IMG/VR virus record: IMGVR_UViG_3300014326_000001
Coordinates: 9,088-73,087 of that record
Origin: a virus
Lineage: Duplodnaviria > Caudoviricetes
Length of the DNA stretch: 64,000 nucleotides
Reading direction: 5' to 3' (one strand)
In this document: piece after piece, positions 57,101-64,000 of the stretch
How positions within the stretch are numbered: the stretch's first letter is position 1
How the letters are laid out: every line of letters begins with the position of its first letter
Notes under the pieces: model-generated
Databases searched by the model: none
The model's input: only the letters and a program-made list of their open reading frames with translations
Told to the model about the DNA's origin: nothing
Position numbers and translations under genes: made by a program

Positions 57101-60004
57101 TTGCGCCACGGGTTCTAGCGGTAGAGCAGTGGCATTGATACCCTCCTCTCTTACTTCAGTTTTAGGAGCGAGAGTTTCTACTTGAGGGGAAGGTCGAGAT
57201 GATTGCTCGTATTCAATGTCCCAATTCGTTTGAGTGCGCGGATCGGTAACACGAGTATCTGCGCCGCCCATGAAGTTTGGGGTTCCCTCTCGATACCAAA
57301 AACCGTTCTTGCGGTAGCGGTCACCCATCTTTACATCTGGAACATCACCGCCGCCAAGTCCACGCCCTGCAAATTGTTCAATCAGCGATTCAGGTGCGGT
57401 TGGGTTATCTCGCCGCGCCTCTATCTTGACCCACTCAGGCGCGGATGGTTTAGGACTTACAGAAGATTCCGGTTTATTACCGAGTGCGTTTTCAACGTTC
57501 AGGGTTTGGGGCGAAGCGACCTTGCTGCTTGAAAGCTGCGCCGTCTTATTTGCAATCCATTCATACGCGGGAACGGTGTCCATCCCCAAAAGTTGAGCTG
57601 CGCGAATACGGTGATTCCCTTCAATGCCCCCCGCGCCGATTGCGATAGGCTGGACATATCCTGAATCGCTAATGGCCTCTGCCAATTTCCTTGACTCAGA
57701 TTCAAAACCTCTCTTTGAAGCCACACTTGGCTCAAGCGTTAACTCGGCAAGTGGAACGTCACGCAAACGCCAGCGCCCAGCATCGCTATTGACAATGTAT
57801 TTGCCTTTAGAGTCTTGCAGTGAATCGAGGGCGTCACGTTGAACCCTAGCGGGAAGTTCGTCCGTGCTGAGAGTGTCAGACGGTTCGCGCTTAACTTTCG
57901 TTTGCTCAATAAGGTCAATCAGTCTTTGGGCGTCGTCAGGTTCAACGTTTTGTCTTTCAGAACCCTGAACTGGAGACTGCGAGGTCTGTGCTTCATTCCT
58001 TGCACGCTCCAACGCTCTTTCTGTATCAATAATTCCTGCTGCTCTTGCATTAGGATCGTCAGTTGGAAACTCACCGGATTTCATGTCAGCAAGTTTTGCT
58101 TCTAGGATAGCTACTGACTGTTCGGCAGGACTTTGTTTTGGTTCAAGGTATTCATCTAGTGGATTTTCTGTGGGAGCTTCAGGCTTCAGAGGAATCATCC
58201 GCTCGTTTCCCCTGCCGCGTAAGTCGGATTTTTTCACATAATGAATCGCCTCTGGGTTATTTACTTCTGCGACTTTGATTCGGCCTCGACGTGCTCCGCT
58301 TTGGTCGGGCACGACTTCAATTTCTCCGAATTGGAGATGTTGAAATCGTTGCGGTTGAGCGGACGGTTCGCTTGCAATGCTTCCTTGTTCACTCGTAGAT
58401 TCAGGTGGTCGCACTCCACTAGCGTCACGCTCTGGGGGTTGATTCCGCAACTCTGTAGAAACTCTGTCCAATCTTGCGTTTCGTCTCCCTTCAAGTGCTT
58501 GTTTTCCGGCAGGGATTCCGCGCATGAGAGCATTCGTTACGCCCCCTGATAGCGCATCTTGTGGCGTTGCCCCCGCCGCTAAATCCAGTGCCGCCGTTCC
58601 AAGTCCCGTCGCTCCTGCTTCCGTTGCTGCCTTTGTTAGCCCTTGTCCAATGCCGGGGATTTCAAACGCCAGTCCCGTCAACGCGCCGTGTGTAGTTGCT
58701 GGAGCTACAGGTCGTCTTGCTCCATACGCCTCAGTTCCCGCCCCCGCGCCAAATGCTACCGGAGCAGGTACACCTGCACTCATTAACGCCAACTCAGGAG
58801 CAGTTGCAATGAATCCCGATGCTACGTTCTGAACAAACTTACTTGCTTGGTTTCTATCTGCACCTTCGGCCTCAGCGGCTTGTCTTAATGCCTCTGCATG
58901 GAGTCTAAAGGCGTCTGCAGCGGCTTCTGTACCGGGAGCACCTGTCGCCCTTCCTAGTCCCGCAAGTTTATTCACAAGCGGAGCTATGCCCTTGGCCAGA
59001 GTTTCTGAAGTCCACTTGGATTGCCCTGACTCTGGCAACGCTCCGGTACTTTTGAGTGCGCGGCGATACTCTTTTTTCAACCGATCAATTTCAGGTTTGT
59101 CTCTCGCGTATTGCTCTGCCTGTTTCGCGGCTTCCTCTTCTTGTCCACGTTCAACTGCTGCCCGTGAGGTTATCGCCGCCTCGCGTTCCTCTTGGCTCAT
59201 GTTTCCCATGTTGTAAGCAGGGAGACCGGGGAGTCCTGTCCTGTTCGCAGCGGCTTGCTCACGGGTCATTTGCGAGGCAATGCGTCCCCTGCGATCAGTC
59301 TCTTTCACGCCAGATTGAGCGGCTTGTCGTAACGCTTCTTCGATGCCCGCGCTTCGTTGCGTAGGTTGCGGTGCCCCATTCCCGGCAACCCCGCCCGTTA
59401 CTCCCGCAAACGGAGATAGACCTTTGATAGACGTTCGCGCCATACCTCGACCTTGAGGCTTGATTGCTGCCGTTCTCGCGGTTGTATCTGCTGTGATTTT
59501 ATTCAGAGCGTCCAAGATGGAAGGCTGTGCGCCTACACTTGGTTGGCGTTCTACTCTTGGAATGAGAGATTTATTTGTAACGGGCTTAGTTACAGTTGGC
59601 GGATCAAGGTAGTCGTCTAGTTCGCCTTTGGGCTGGATGGGCTTTTGGGTGTCATCGCCCGCGTACTCCAAATGGACGTGTGGCCCTCCCCAGACTTTCT
59701 GCAACGATCCGTCTTTCCGGCGCGGTCGCGTGCGCTCATCGCGCAATAACAATCCACGTTCTGCCGCTTTCTGGCTGAGAGTCTTTACCGTGTTGTCATC
59801 GAACGCACCCGAACCTTTAATGTCTACCGCGTTCCCTGAGTAGTGAAGCGAACCAACGTTGTGCCGACCACCCGTGGTCGAACCCATTGTCAATTTATTT
59901 TCTTTTGCAAACTGAGAGAGTACGTCCAAGTGAGAAGCCGTGGGCTTAACTCGCGCTCGCGGTTTTGGTGCAGGGTCTAAATAAGCGTCCAACTCATCAG
60001 GCAT
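54176..60004 (-). CDS. large polyvalent internal virion (ejection) protein with M15-like peptidase and ParB-like domains
   Basis: 1942 aa; HYSGNAVD...HVHLE; QPI.I...GIEGNHRIRAAQLLGM; helical C-terminal region. Confidence 0.8.
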   Translation of the reverse strand: MPDELDAYLDPAPKPRARVKPTASHLDVLSQFAKENKLTMGSTTGGRHNVGSLHYSGNAVDIKGSGAFDDNTVKTLSQKAAERGLLLRDERTRPRRKDGSLQKVWGGPHVHLEYAGDDTQKPIQPKGELDDYLDPPTVTKPVTNKSLIPRVERQPSVGAQPSILDALNKITADTTARTAAIKPQGRGMARTSIKGLSPFAGVTGGVAGNGAPQPTQRSAGIEEALRQAAQSGVKETDRRGRIASQMTREQAAANRTGLPGLPAYNMGNMSQEEREAAITSRAAVERGQEEEAAKQAEQYARDKPEIDRLKKEYRRALKSTGALPESGQSKWTSETLAKGIAPLVNKLAGLGRATGAPGTEAAADAFRLHAEALRQAAEAEGADRNQASKFVQNVASGFIATAPELALMSAGVPAPVAFGAGAGTEAYGARRPVAPATTHGALTGLAFEIPGIGQGLTKAATEAGATGLGTAALDLAAGATPQDALSGGVTNALMRGIPAGKQALEGRRNARLDRVSTELRNQPPERDASGVRPPESTSEQGSIASEPSAQPQRFQHLQFGEIEVVPDQSGARRGRIKVAEVNNPEAIHYVKKSDLRGRGNERMIPLKPEAPTENPLDEYLEPKQSPAEQSVAILEAKLADMKSGEFPTDDPNARAAGIIDTERALERARNEAQTSQSPVQGSERQNVEPDDAQRLIDLIEQTKVKREPSDTLSTDELPARVQRDALDSLQDSKGKYIVNSDAGRWRLRDVPLAELTLEPSVASKRGFESESRKLAEAISDSGYVQPIAIGAGGIEGNHRIRAAQLLGMDTVPAYEWIANKTAQLSSSKVASPQTLNVENALGNKPESSVSPKPSAPEWVKIEARRDNPTAPESLIEQFAGRGLGGGDVPDVKMGDRYRKNGFWYREGTPNFMGGADTRVTDPRTQTNWDIEYEQSSRPSPQVETLAPKTEVREEGINATALPLEPVAQEPKVNPKTFKEAVSAGDAAPSTTSPKDASMQADREALGLPKLEQVPRVKSEEVLAEAKQKNAADPRAPDVLIEQALKGGKNFNNVETMQVNLRAVEVKNEIDRLNRELYEAKDPQVIAEKSAELDARLSEYDKISEADDLAGAEWSRAGTARKRALAEDFSLVKMVAGLKKDKRAPLTEQQLAEVKDLHARLGKAEKARDAAEERAIKAEFEATLNKVGRQRKRTETKASLDQEAVLIKQNIVAELARIKSGNIHASGLAGIDPEGRLTKELIKYVHNRAKANIGLKAEALLDEAHDLVKDLGVTRRQVAEALVGYGGTAKQRSEAQKRVTEVNAEINRLLKEEDVQAGRRTTRQEGPKAEFTKNQNRLKTLQKEKAELERRMVEGDFSEKAKREAPRYTRETLNAQKEVEKIKAEYAKMKYRATRGRGGMISDELAKAASIPKTLKSIGDISAVFRQGGFYAITHPIEGGAKPFKEMVKSFSDLGWRNVEAKIKADKDFETLKKAGVEFTGVDKQDPHLSHHEEGYLGKEYLDYVPVAKQIAGFSERTFVSFLDAQRLSMGKQMLEGLTEAQRRNPAELQAIARLINTGTGRGSLGRRGNAIAPALNIAMFSPRLLASRVQLLNNMINPVTIARMPAGARARMIKDNVKFLGATAAILTAVKAAGGKVSLDPDDSEFLKIRFGDTVYDQLTGLQQPLRYIINMSRGLSPVNSQRLQAGDYYAGESLSDMTKKFARSKLNPAVAPVVDRIAGEDFAGRKFSYAREAKDLITPLPAKDVYEGLKQGGIVGGLKSLPTFVGIGTGSYPEAAEKPTTLAEKMSRKFVRESMPPRQGREEEQIETDRQKSQLRARSRKGEDVSADIAAMGAKITERQAKGILAARNKTRLQEDFNRLGAREAVIVYSVATPEQKAELKDMLQKKSALIDTMPPDQQDEVRKRFEALGMQRGTLPRVERQERQQRTERKSREKTGYVFQ

Positions 60005-60028
60005 TTATTTCACTACGCCAGTCATTTC

Positions 60029-60259
60029 TCACCAAGTTATTTCACTCGGCCATATCCACTCAGTCTCACTTGGAGCTTCGGAACCCTCTCGGAGAACGTT
60101 CCCACGCTTGGCGCATTGCTGTTCTTCTGCTGTTCCTAAAACCGTAGAGCCAATCCGCGCAGCCAATTCGTGAGCCTCTTCCCAACTTCTCGCGCAGAGT
60201 TCTTCGCTGTAGCGAGAACCGTCAATAATGCGTTCTGTAAGGTAGATACGGACACTCAT
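60029..60259 (-). CDS. hypothetical protein
   Basis: ATGA overlap. Confidence 0.65.
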   Translation of the reverse strand: MSVRIYLTERIIDGSRYSEELCARSWEEAHELAARIGSTVLGTAEEQQCAKRGNVLREGSEAPSETEWIWPSEITW

Positions 60260-60420
60260 TGCAACTTGGTTCTTTCCCGAATTTCTCTTTCGACGTACCG
60301 ATCAAGCTCAGTCTCCACCCCTTCCACCATCAAATCGAGACTCAAGTTTAATTCCTGCACTTCTTCTGAGAGCGGAAGATTTTTCTTGTACCATCGTTGC
60401 GCTGTGTCAGATTCTGTCAT
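60256..60420 (-). CDS. 54-aa acidic protein
   Basis: MTESDTAQRWYKKNLPLSEEV... read by hand; coupled. Confidence 0.55.
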   Translation of the reverse strand: MTESDTAQRWYKKNLPLSEEVQELNLSLDLMVEGVETELDRYVEREIRERTKLQ

Positions 60421-60421
60421 T

Positions 60422-60697
60422 TCAAATAGACCAGTCGTGAATTGAGCCTAAGTCGTCTTCGGGCGTTGCCACTCGCGGATTGTTGAAATACTCGGCAATG
60501 TTCATTGAACGTCCATACAAAGGATCGTTGACTAAATCGATAGAACGACCTTTCTGAACTCGACTGACCGCGTTAGCAAAACACACCATGCGACCAGCGA
60601 GTACTCCCGCCTTCTTGTCATCCCCTGCCGCGATAACCGCAGGAAGCATCGTGCCTAATTCCAACATTTTCTCTTCCGCCCATTGAGTGTCGCTCAT
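60422..60697 (-). CDS. hypothetical protein
   Basis: ATG 60697 overlaps the upstream TGA. Confidence 0.65.
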   Translation of the reverse strand: MSDTQWAEEKMLELGTMLPAVIAAGDDKKAGVLAGRMVCFANAVSRVQKGRSIDLVNDPLYGRSMNIAEYFNNPRVATPEDDLGSIHDWSI

Positions 60698-61902
60698 TGA
60701 ACTTTCACCCCTTCCGATTCTACTTTCTTGCGAGCTTCTTCCTCGGTCAGTCCTTTGTCTTTTGCATAGCGAGCGAGATTTGCCGCGCTCATTGTTCTGC
60801 CTGTGTAAGTGGTTTGCATTGTTGGCGCGGGCTTCGCTTTCGTTCTCCAAGTGCGGATATGATCGTCCAATTCCTGTCGCCGCTTTGTTCCTTCTTTTGC
60901 TCGACTCAGCAAGTCAGCGTGTGCGGGATTTGGATAACCCTGCGCGTCCACAGCGGGAGTATTTTTCAACTGTTCTTCAATCTGCGCGAGTCCTTCATCT
61001 ATCTTCGCTTGTTCATCCTGCGCGTCTTGAATATTCTGCTCGATACCCTCGACTGCGCCACTGTTGGCCGTGCCGCGCATTCCTGCAACTTTCAACTGGT
61101 TCTCACGGTTCTTCGCTGCAATGTCCTCACGCGACTTTCGATCCAACTCCCTCTGTTGCCTATCAGCTTCTTTCTGGGTAATCAAACCCAACGCCTTCTG
61201 TCGCTCGATTTCCAATTTCGCGTTTTCAATCTCTCTCTTCGCGTCGAGTTCCGCAGCCTTGATTGCGGGCTCCATCTCTCTCTGTGCTGTGAGAGCTTTC
61301 ATTCCTCCCAACTGCGCTTGTTCCTGCTCAAGTTTCAACCCTCTGGCAATGTCGTTATCCAAAGCATCCAAATCAAATCTTCTCTTCAACTTTGCTTCGC
61401 CACGGTTCGTTGCCGCGCCGAGTGCGCCACCCCCGATTGCGCTTCCCAAGATGTTATTTGGATTATCAGGATCGCCCTTCGCCAAACCGATCAGCAATCC
61501 CTCACCGATAGATTTCAGTTTTCCTTTGAATCCCTTTCTCGACTGCGGAGGGGCGACTTCTACAAAATCAGGCTGGACGTTCAATTTAGATTCCGGATCG
61601 GCGTCATTCATTATCTGACGGCGCTTCATTAAAGCATCAACGCCTGTGAGCCCACCCATTCCATAGCCAATTCTCACAGGGGGACGTGGTGCGTTCCCTA
61701 CCGTGCCAGCTTCCACGGGTGCGCTCATTCCTACAGGGCTTGCTTCAGGAAGCGGCATGTTGATCTTCGGTGGAGTGTTCCCAGATAATGCGGGCGCGAC
61801 TGTCTCAGTGTCTTGTGCGGACTGTGGCCTCTGGAGGGACGCGCTCATTAACTCCAACATTCGGCGACGGCGGGGGTCTTCAACGAGGTCTTGTTGTGCC
61901 AT
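60694..61902 (-). CDS. DNA ejection / internal virion protein
   Basis: 402 aa; Gly-rich hydrophobic patch and long coiled coil. Confidence 0.7.
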   Translation of the reverse strand: MAQQDLVEDPRRRRMLELMSASLQRPQSAQDTETVAPALSGNTPPKINMPLPEASPVGMSAPVEAGTVGNAPRPPVRIGYGMGGLTGVDALMKRRQIMNDADPESKLNVQPDFVEVAPPQSRKGFKGKLKSIGEGLLIGLAKGDPDNPNNILGSAIGGGALGAATNRGEAKLKRRFDLDALDNDIARGLKLEQEQAQLGGMKALTAQREMEPAIKAAELDAKREIENAKLEIERQKALGLITQKEADRQQRELDRKSREDIAAKNRENQLKVAGMRGTANSGAVEGIEQNIQDAQDEQAKIDEGLAQIEEQLKNTPAVDAQGYPNPAHADLLSRAKEGTKRRQELDDHIRTWRTKAKPAPTMQTTYTGRTMSAANLARYAKDKGLTEEEARKKVESEGVKVQ

Positions 61903-61908
61903 GCTCGC

Positions 61909-61936
61909 AGTTTAGCATTGCAGGGATTTGATTGAA
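61909..61936 (-). promoter_or_regulatory. leaderless promoter of the late block
   Basis: TTCAAT-N16-TAAACT with extended TG, 6 nt before ATG 61902. Confidence 0.6.
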
Positions 61937-61947
61937 ACAGGTTTGTT

Positions 61948-61985
61948 AAAAACAACTCGACCCCGCGATTGCTCACGAGGTCAAG
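61948..61985 (-). terminator. Rho-independent terminator
   Basis: 13-bp stem CTTGACCTCGTGA-GCAA-TCGCGGGGTCGAG (3 G-U), then TTGTTTTT. Confidence 0.85.
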
Positions 61986-62088
61986 AAGTGTTCACTGAGA
62001 ACTTTTCGGCGCGTCCAAGTTGGCAACACCCTACCACAAAATAGTTGTTGCCTTCAATGTAAATCGGTCGTATTCTTGTCACGTTCAC
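61981..62088 (-). CDS. 35-aa peptide
   Basis: AGGTGA RBS; MNVTRIRPIYIEGNNYFVVGCCQLG...; stop lies in the terminator stem. Confidence 0.45.
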   Translation of the reverse strand: MNVTRIRPIYIEGNNYFVVGCCQLGRAEKFSVNTS

Positions 62089-62527
62089 TGGGTCTCACCT
62101 GTTTACTGCTTACCCTGCGGTCTCTTGATTCCCAGCAAAATCGACGATAGTTACCGAAATACAAAGATCGTCCGTGCGCGGTGGCGCTTGTTGGAATATG
62201 AAGCTAACCGAACCCCTTACTGATAAACCTGCGTCAAGCCAGTCTGTAAGTAAGAGTCTGCGGAGAAACAACCGTTCGGGATTGCTGTTAGCCCTGCGTC
62301 CAGAGAAAGCACGTTAATAACATCGGAAGGTCTGAACACCCGTTAGACCGATGCGGCCAACTCAGATATGGTAAACGGCTCCTCGTTGGCAGAGGATGAC
62401 TGGCTGAGTAACCCGTCTGGAGAACCCAACGCAAGTACTGTGAGAACTCATTGGCGTTCCACAAAAGCTGCTAACCTGCTCCCAAATCGTGGTGGGTTAG
62501 CTGCGCCTGCTCGAATCTATTACCGTA

Positions 62528-62665
62528 CCACTCAACCAGATGTTGAATCCTGATGCGAGGCTGAAAAGCCGAGTCCTTATTGACGTTCTTTGGTGGGATA
62601 GAGGCTACGTTCCAGCGCGTTAAGCGGGGATTCAGGCGGCTAAGTTGAGAGGGGTTTGCAGCATT
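62528..62665. repeat. attC-like element, copy H (long form)
   Basis: CCACTCAAC...GAGAGGGGTTTGCAGCATT ends with a multi-stem interior. Confidence 0.6.
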
Positions 62666-62724
62666 TTACTAAGGATTTCTCACTATCCTATGGTAAAATT
62701 CCCGTCTAGTTCTTTGAACGGCCA

Positions 62725-62928
62725 TCAGCCGACAATCTCTACCGTGATAATTGCTGCTGGGCATATCCACTTTCGGCCATCTTCTACCGCGAATCCTTCA
62801 CGCGACAGCCTGCGGGCAAACTGCTCAAGGGAGTCGTCGCTAGTGAAATTGTAATCCATGTAGCCATCAGCCTGAGTAAAGAATCCCAGCGCCCCGACCT
62901 CGTAAACCCGTACTTTGTACTTGCTCAT
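62725..62928 (-). CDS. hypothetical protein
   Basis: GGAGGGAG RBS. Confidence 0.75.
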   Translation of the reverse strand: MSKYKVRVYEVGALGFFTQADGYMDYNFTSDDSLEQFARRLSREGFAVEDGRKWICPAAIITVEIVG

Positions 62929-62955
62929 TTCTCCCTCCGTATCCTCTTTGGCCGA

Positions 62956-63261
62956 TCACTTTTTGAAAATTGGAATATAGCGTTCACGGTCTGCCGTGAT
63001 AAGTTTCTGCCGCTTGCGAGCGAGTCGCCTGCTGTCTACGCCCTCAATCGCCAGTGCCCCCAAAGCTACCGCCCCGACACTCAATCCGACCACAAGCAGC
63101 CCGACTATCACGATCACAGCCGGAATCCACAGCGGCGATAACACCCACCACCACGACCAATCAATCTTGCCCAACAGCTTGAGCGTGATAAACACGATGG
63201 TCAGCAAGCCACAAAAACCGATGCCGCCGCTAGATGAACTTGACGATGCTTTATCGCTCAT
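62956..63261 (-). CDS. conserved phage membrane protein
   Basis: GIGFCGLLTIVFITLKLLGKIDWSWWWVLSPLWI. Confidence 0.85.
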   Translation of the reverse strand: MSDKASSSSSSGGIGFCGLLTIVFITLKLLGKIDWSWWWVLSPLWIPAVIVIVGLLVVGLSVGAVALGALAIEGVDSRRLARKRQKLITADRERYIPIFKK

Positions 63262-63276
63262 ATTTCCCCTTCAGAG

Positions 63277-63356
63277 CCACTCAACCCTCCGCGTCGAGCG
63301 TTTCGCTCGCGCCTCTCTCAGTAGTCACAGAATGAGGGTTCTGTGCTTCATTTCCC
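63277..63356. repeat. attC-like element, copy I
   Basis: CCACTCAACCCTC...GAGCG TTT CGCTC...AATGAGGGTTCTGTGC; AACCCTC/GAGGGTT inverted repeat. Confidence 0.8.
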
Positions 63357-63505
63357 TCGATTTTCCGCCCAATTAAAGCAACATTCTCTCCCTTTGGTAA
63401 CTCTGTGTGCTCCCCGTAGTCGATGTCCTGTCTCTCCATAATTCGGGCGAGCACATCTGACTCCCGTAATTCGTCAATTCGTTGCTGCTTTTTACTCTTT
63501 TTCAT
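63281..63505 (-). CDS. hypothetical protein
   Basis: 74 aa; C-terminus is read through repeat I. Confidence 0.6.
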   Translation of the reverse strand: MKKSKKQQRIDELRESDVLARIMERQDIDYGEHTELPKGENVALIGRKIEGNEAQNPHSVTTERGASETLDAEG

Positions 63506-63526
63506 CGTCTTTTATGCTAAAATTGG

Positions 63527-64000
63527 TCAGCTGTTTGACATTCGTCTTTCTTCGTAACGCTTGTCAGCGAGAACTTGTCCCTGCCGCGCAATGGACTGAA
63601 AGTCGCTCCAATTAACTCGCGGGTCAAACGGGCGATCATGCAGGAATCTCAACTCAGAGCATTCTTTATCTTCAACCCACATGGCGATTGTCCATTTAAA
63701 TTCTCCGTTTTCTGACCACAAATTGATATGCAGCCGATCATCAAGCTCCAACGGGTACATTCGCGGCGATTCCAGCGGTTTGTAAAACTCGCGGTTCTTT
63801 GGGGCGGGACGCAGCAGGTAGTTCATTTCTTGCTCTGCGGCCATAAATGCTTGGCGCTCAATCTCGCCCGCATAAGTCCACGAGAGTTTCAGCCATGCTT
63901 GTTGGCGGATCGCGTGCGCAATCGCGGCGTCAACATAACGCTTGATCGCGGCGTCAACATAACGCTTGATCGCGGCGTCAACATAACGCTTGATCGCGGC
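63527..64000 (-). CDS. hypothetical protein, 5' end outside the window, with KRYVDAAI repeats
   Basis: Frame of 63527-63844 stays open to 64000. Confidence 0.65.
   Translation of the reverse strand, partial: AAIKRYVDAAIKRYVDAAIKRYVDAAIAHAIRQQAWLKLSWTYAGEIERQAFMAAEQEMNYLLRPAPKNREFYKPLESPRMYPLELDDRLHINLWSENGEFKWTIAMWVEDKECSELRFLHDRPFDPRVNWSDFQSIARQGQVLADKRYEERRMSNS
63921..64000. repeat. 24-bp tandem repeat (at least 3.3 units)
   Basis: ATCGCGGCGTCAACATAACGCTTG at 63921, 63945, 63969, partial at 63993. Confidence 0.95.

Noticed and set aside
60697-61632. 311-aa + strand ORF
   Set aside because: Antisense shadow of the ejection-protein gene; Leu/Phe/Ser-biased with no motif or RBS.
18664-61902. 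Genome-wide TAG reassignment in late genes
   Set aside because: TAG ends genes such as the tailspike (26269), followed by an out-of-frame gene with its own RBS; only one suspicious amber was seen.
62550-62574. Hammerhead ribozyme look-alike (CTGATG..GGCT GAAA AGCC GA)
   Set aside because: Two extra bases in the CUGANGA core and GAGU instead of GAAA; no stem III/UH site found.
62528-62625. HEARO/omega-RNA resemblance (ACCAGA, CTACGTT)
   Set aside because: Only short motifs match and no IscB/TnpB gene is adjacent.
1-64000. tRNA, rRNA, integrase or repressor genes
   Set aside because: No cloverleaf/T-loop signature and no tyrosine/serine recombinase or CI-like motifs recognised; lifestyle cannot be determined from this window.

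Overview
The window looks like most of a tailed-phage (or prophage) genome with podovirus-like organisation. The + strand (1-18.66 kb) carries early functions: many small hypothetical genes, an HNH nuclease, a Lar/DUF551 mosaic, a Cas4-like exonuclease, a lambda O-like replication initiator with internal iterons, a primase-helicase fusion, a 2OG-Fe(II) oxygenase-like protein, a DnaN clamp and a RusA-like resolvase. The - strand (64 kb down to 18.66 kb) carries a few small genes and then the late block: two large ejection-type proteins, large terminase, portal, scaffold, major capsid, three adaptor-like proteins, nozzle, fibres/tailspike and a membrane-protein-rich lysis-like region. Three HNH genes are inserted against the late operon. 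I found no integrase, repressor, DNA polymerase, tRNA, CRISPR array or clear endolysin in the window. The most notable signal is a dispersed family of about 11 clear (plus several decayed) 60-140 bp palindromic elements, ending in (CCACT)CAAC on one side and GTTGTGCAGCAT on the other. They sit at gene boundaries and also in frame at protein-domain boundaries, like integron attC cassette sites. Other candidates: a glycosyltransferase/acetyltransferase/PAPS-reductase-like/GNAT cluster inside the virion module, a stand-alone PAS protein in the lysis region, an in-frame amber codon splitting a 436-codon frame, and several structured RNA leaders. All functional calls come from motif recognition by eye; no database searches were run.
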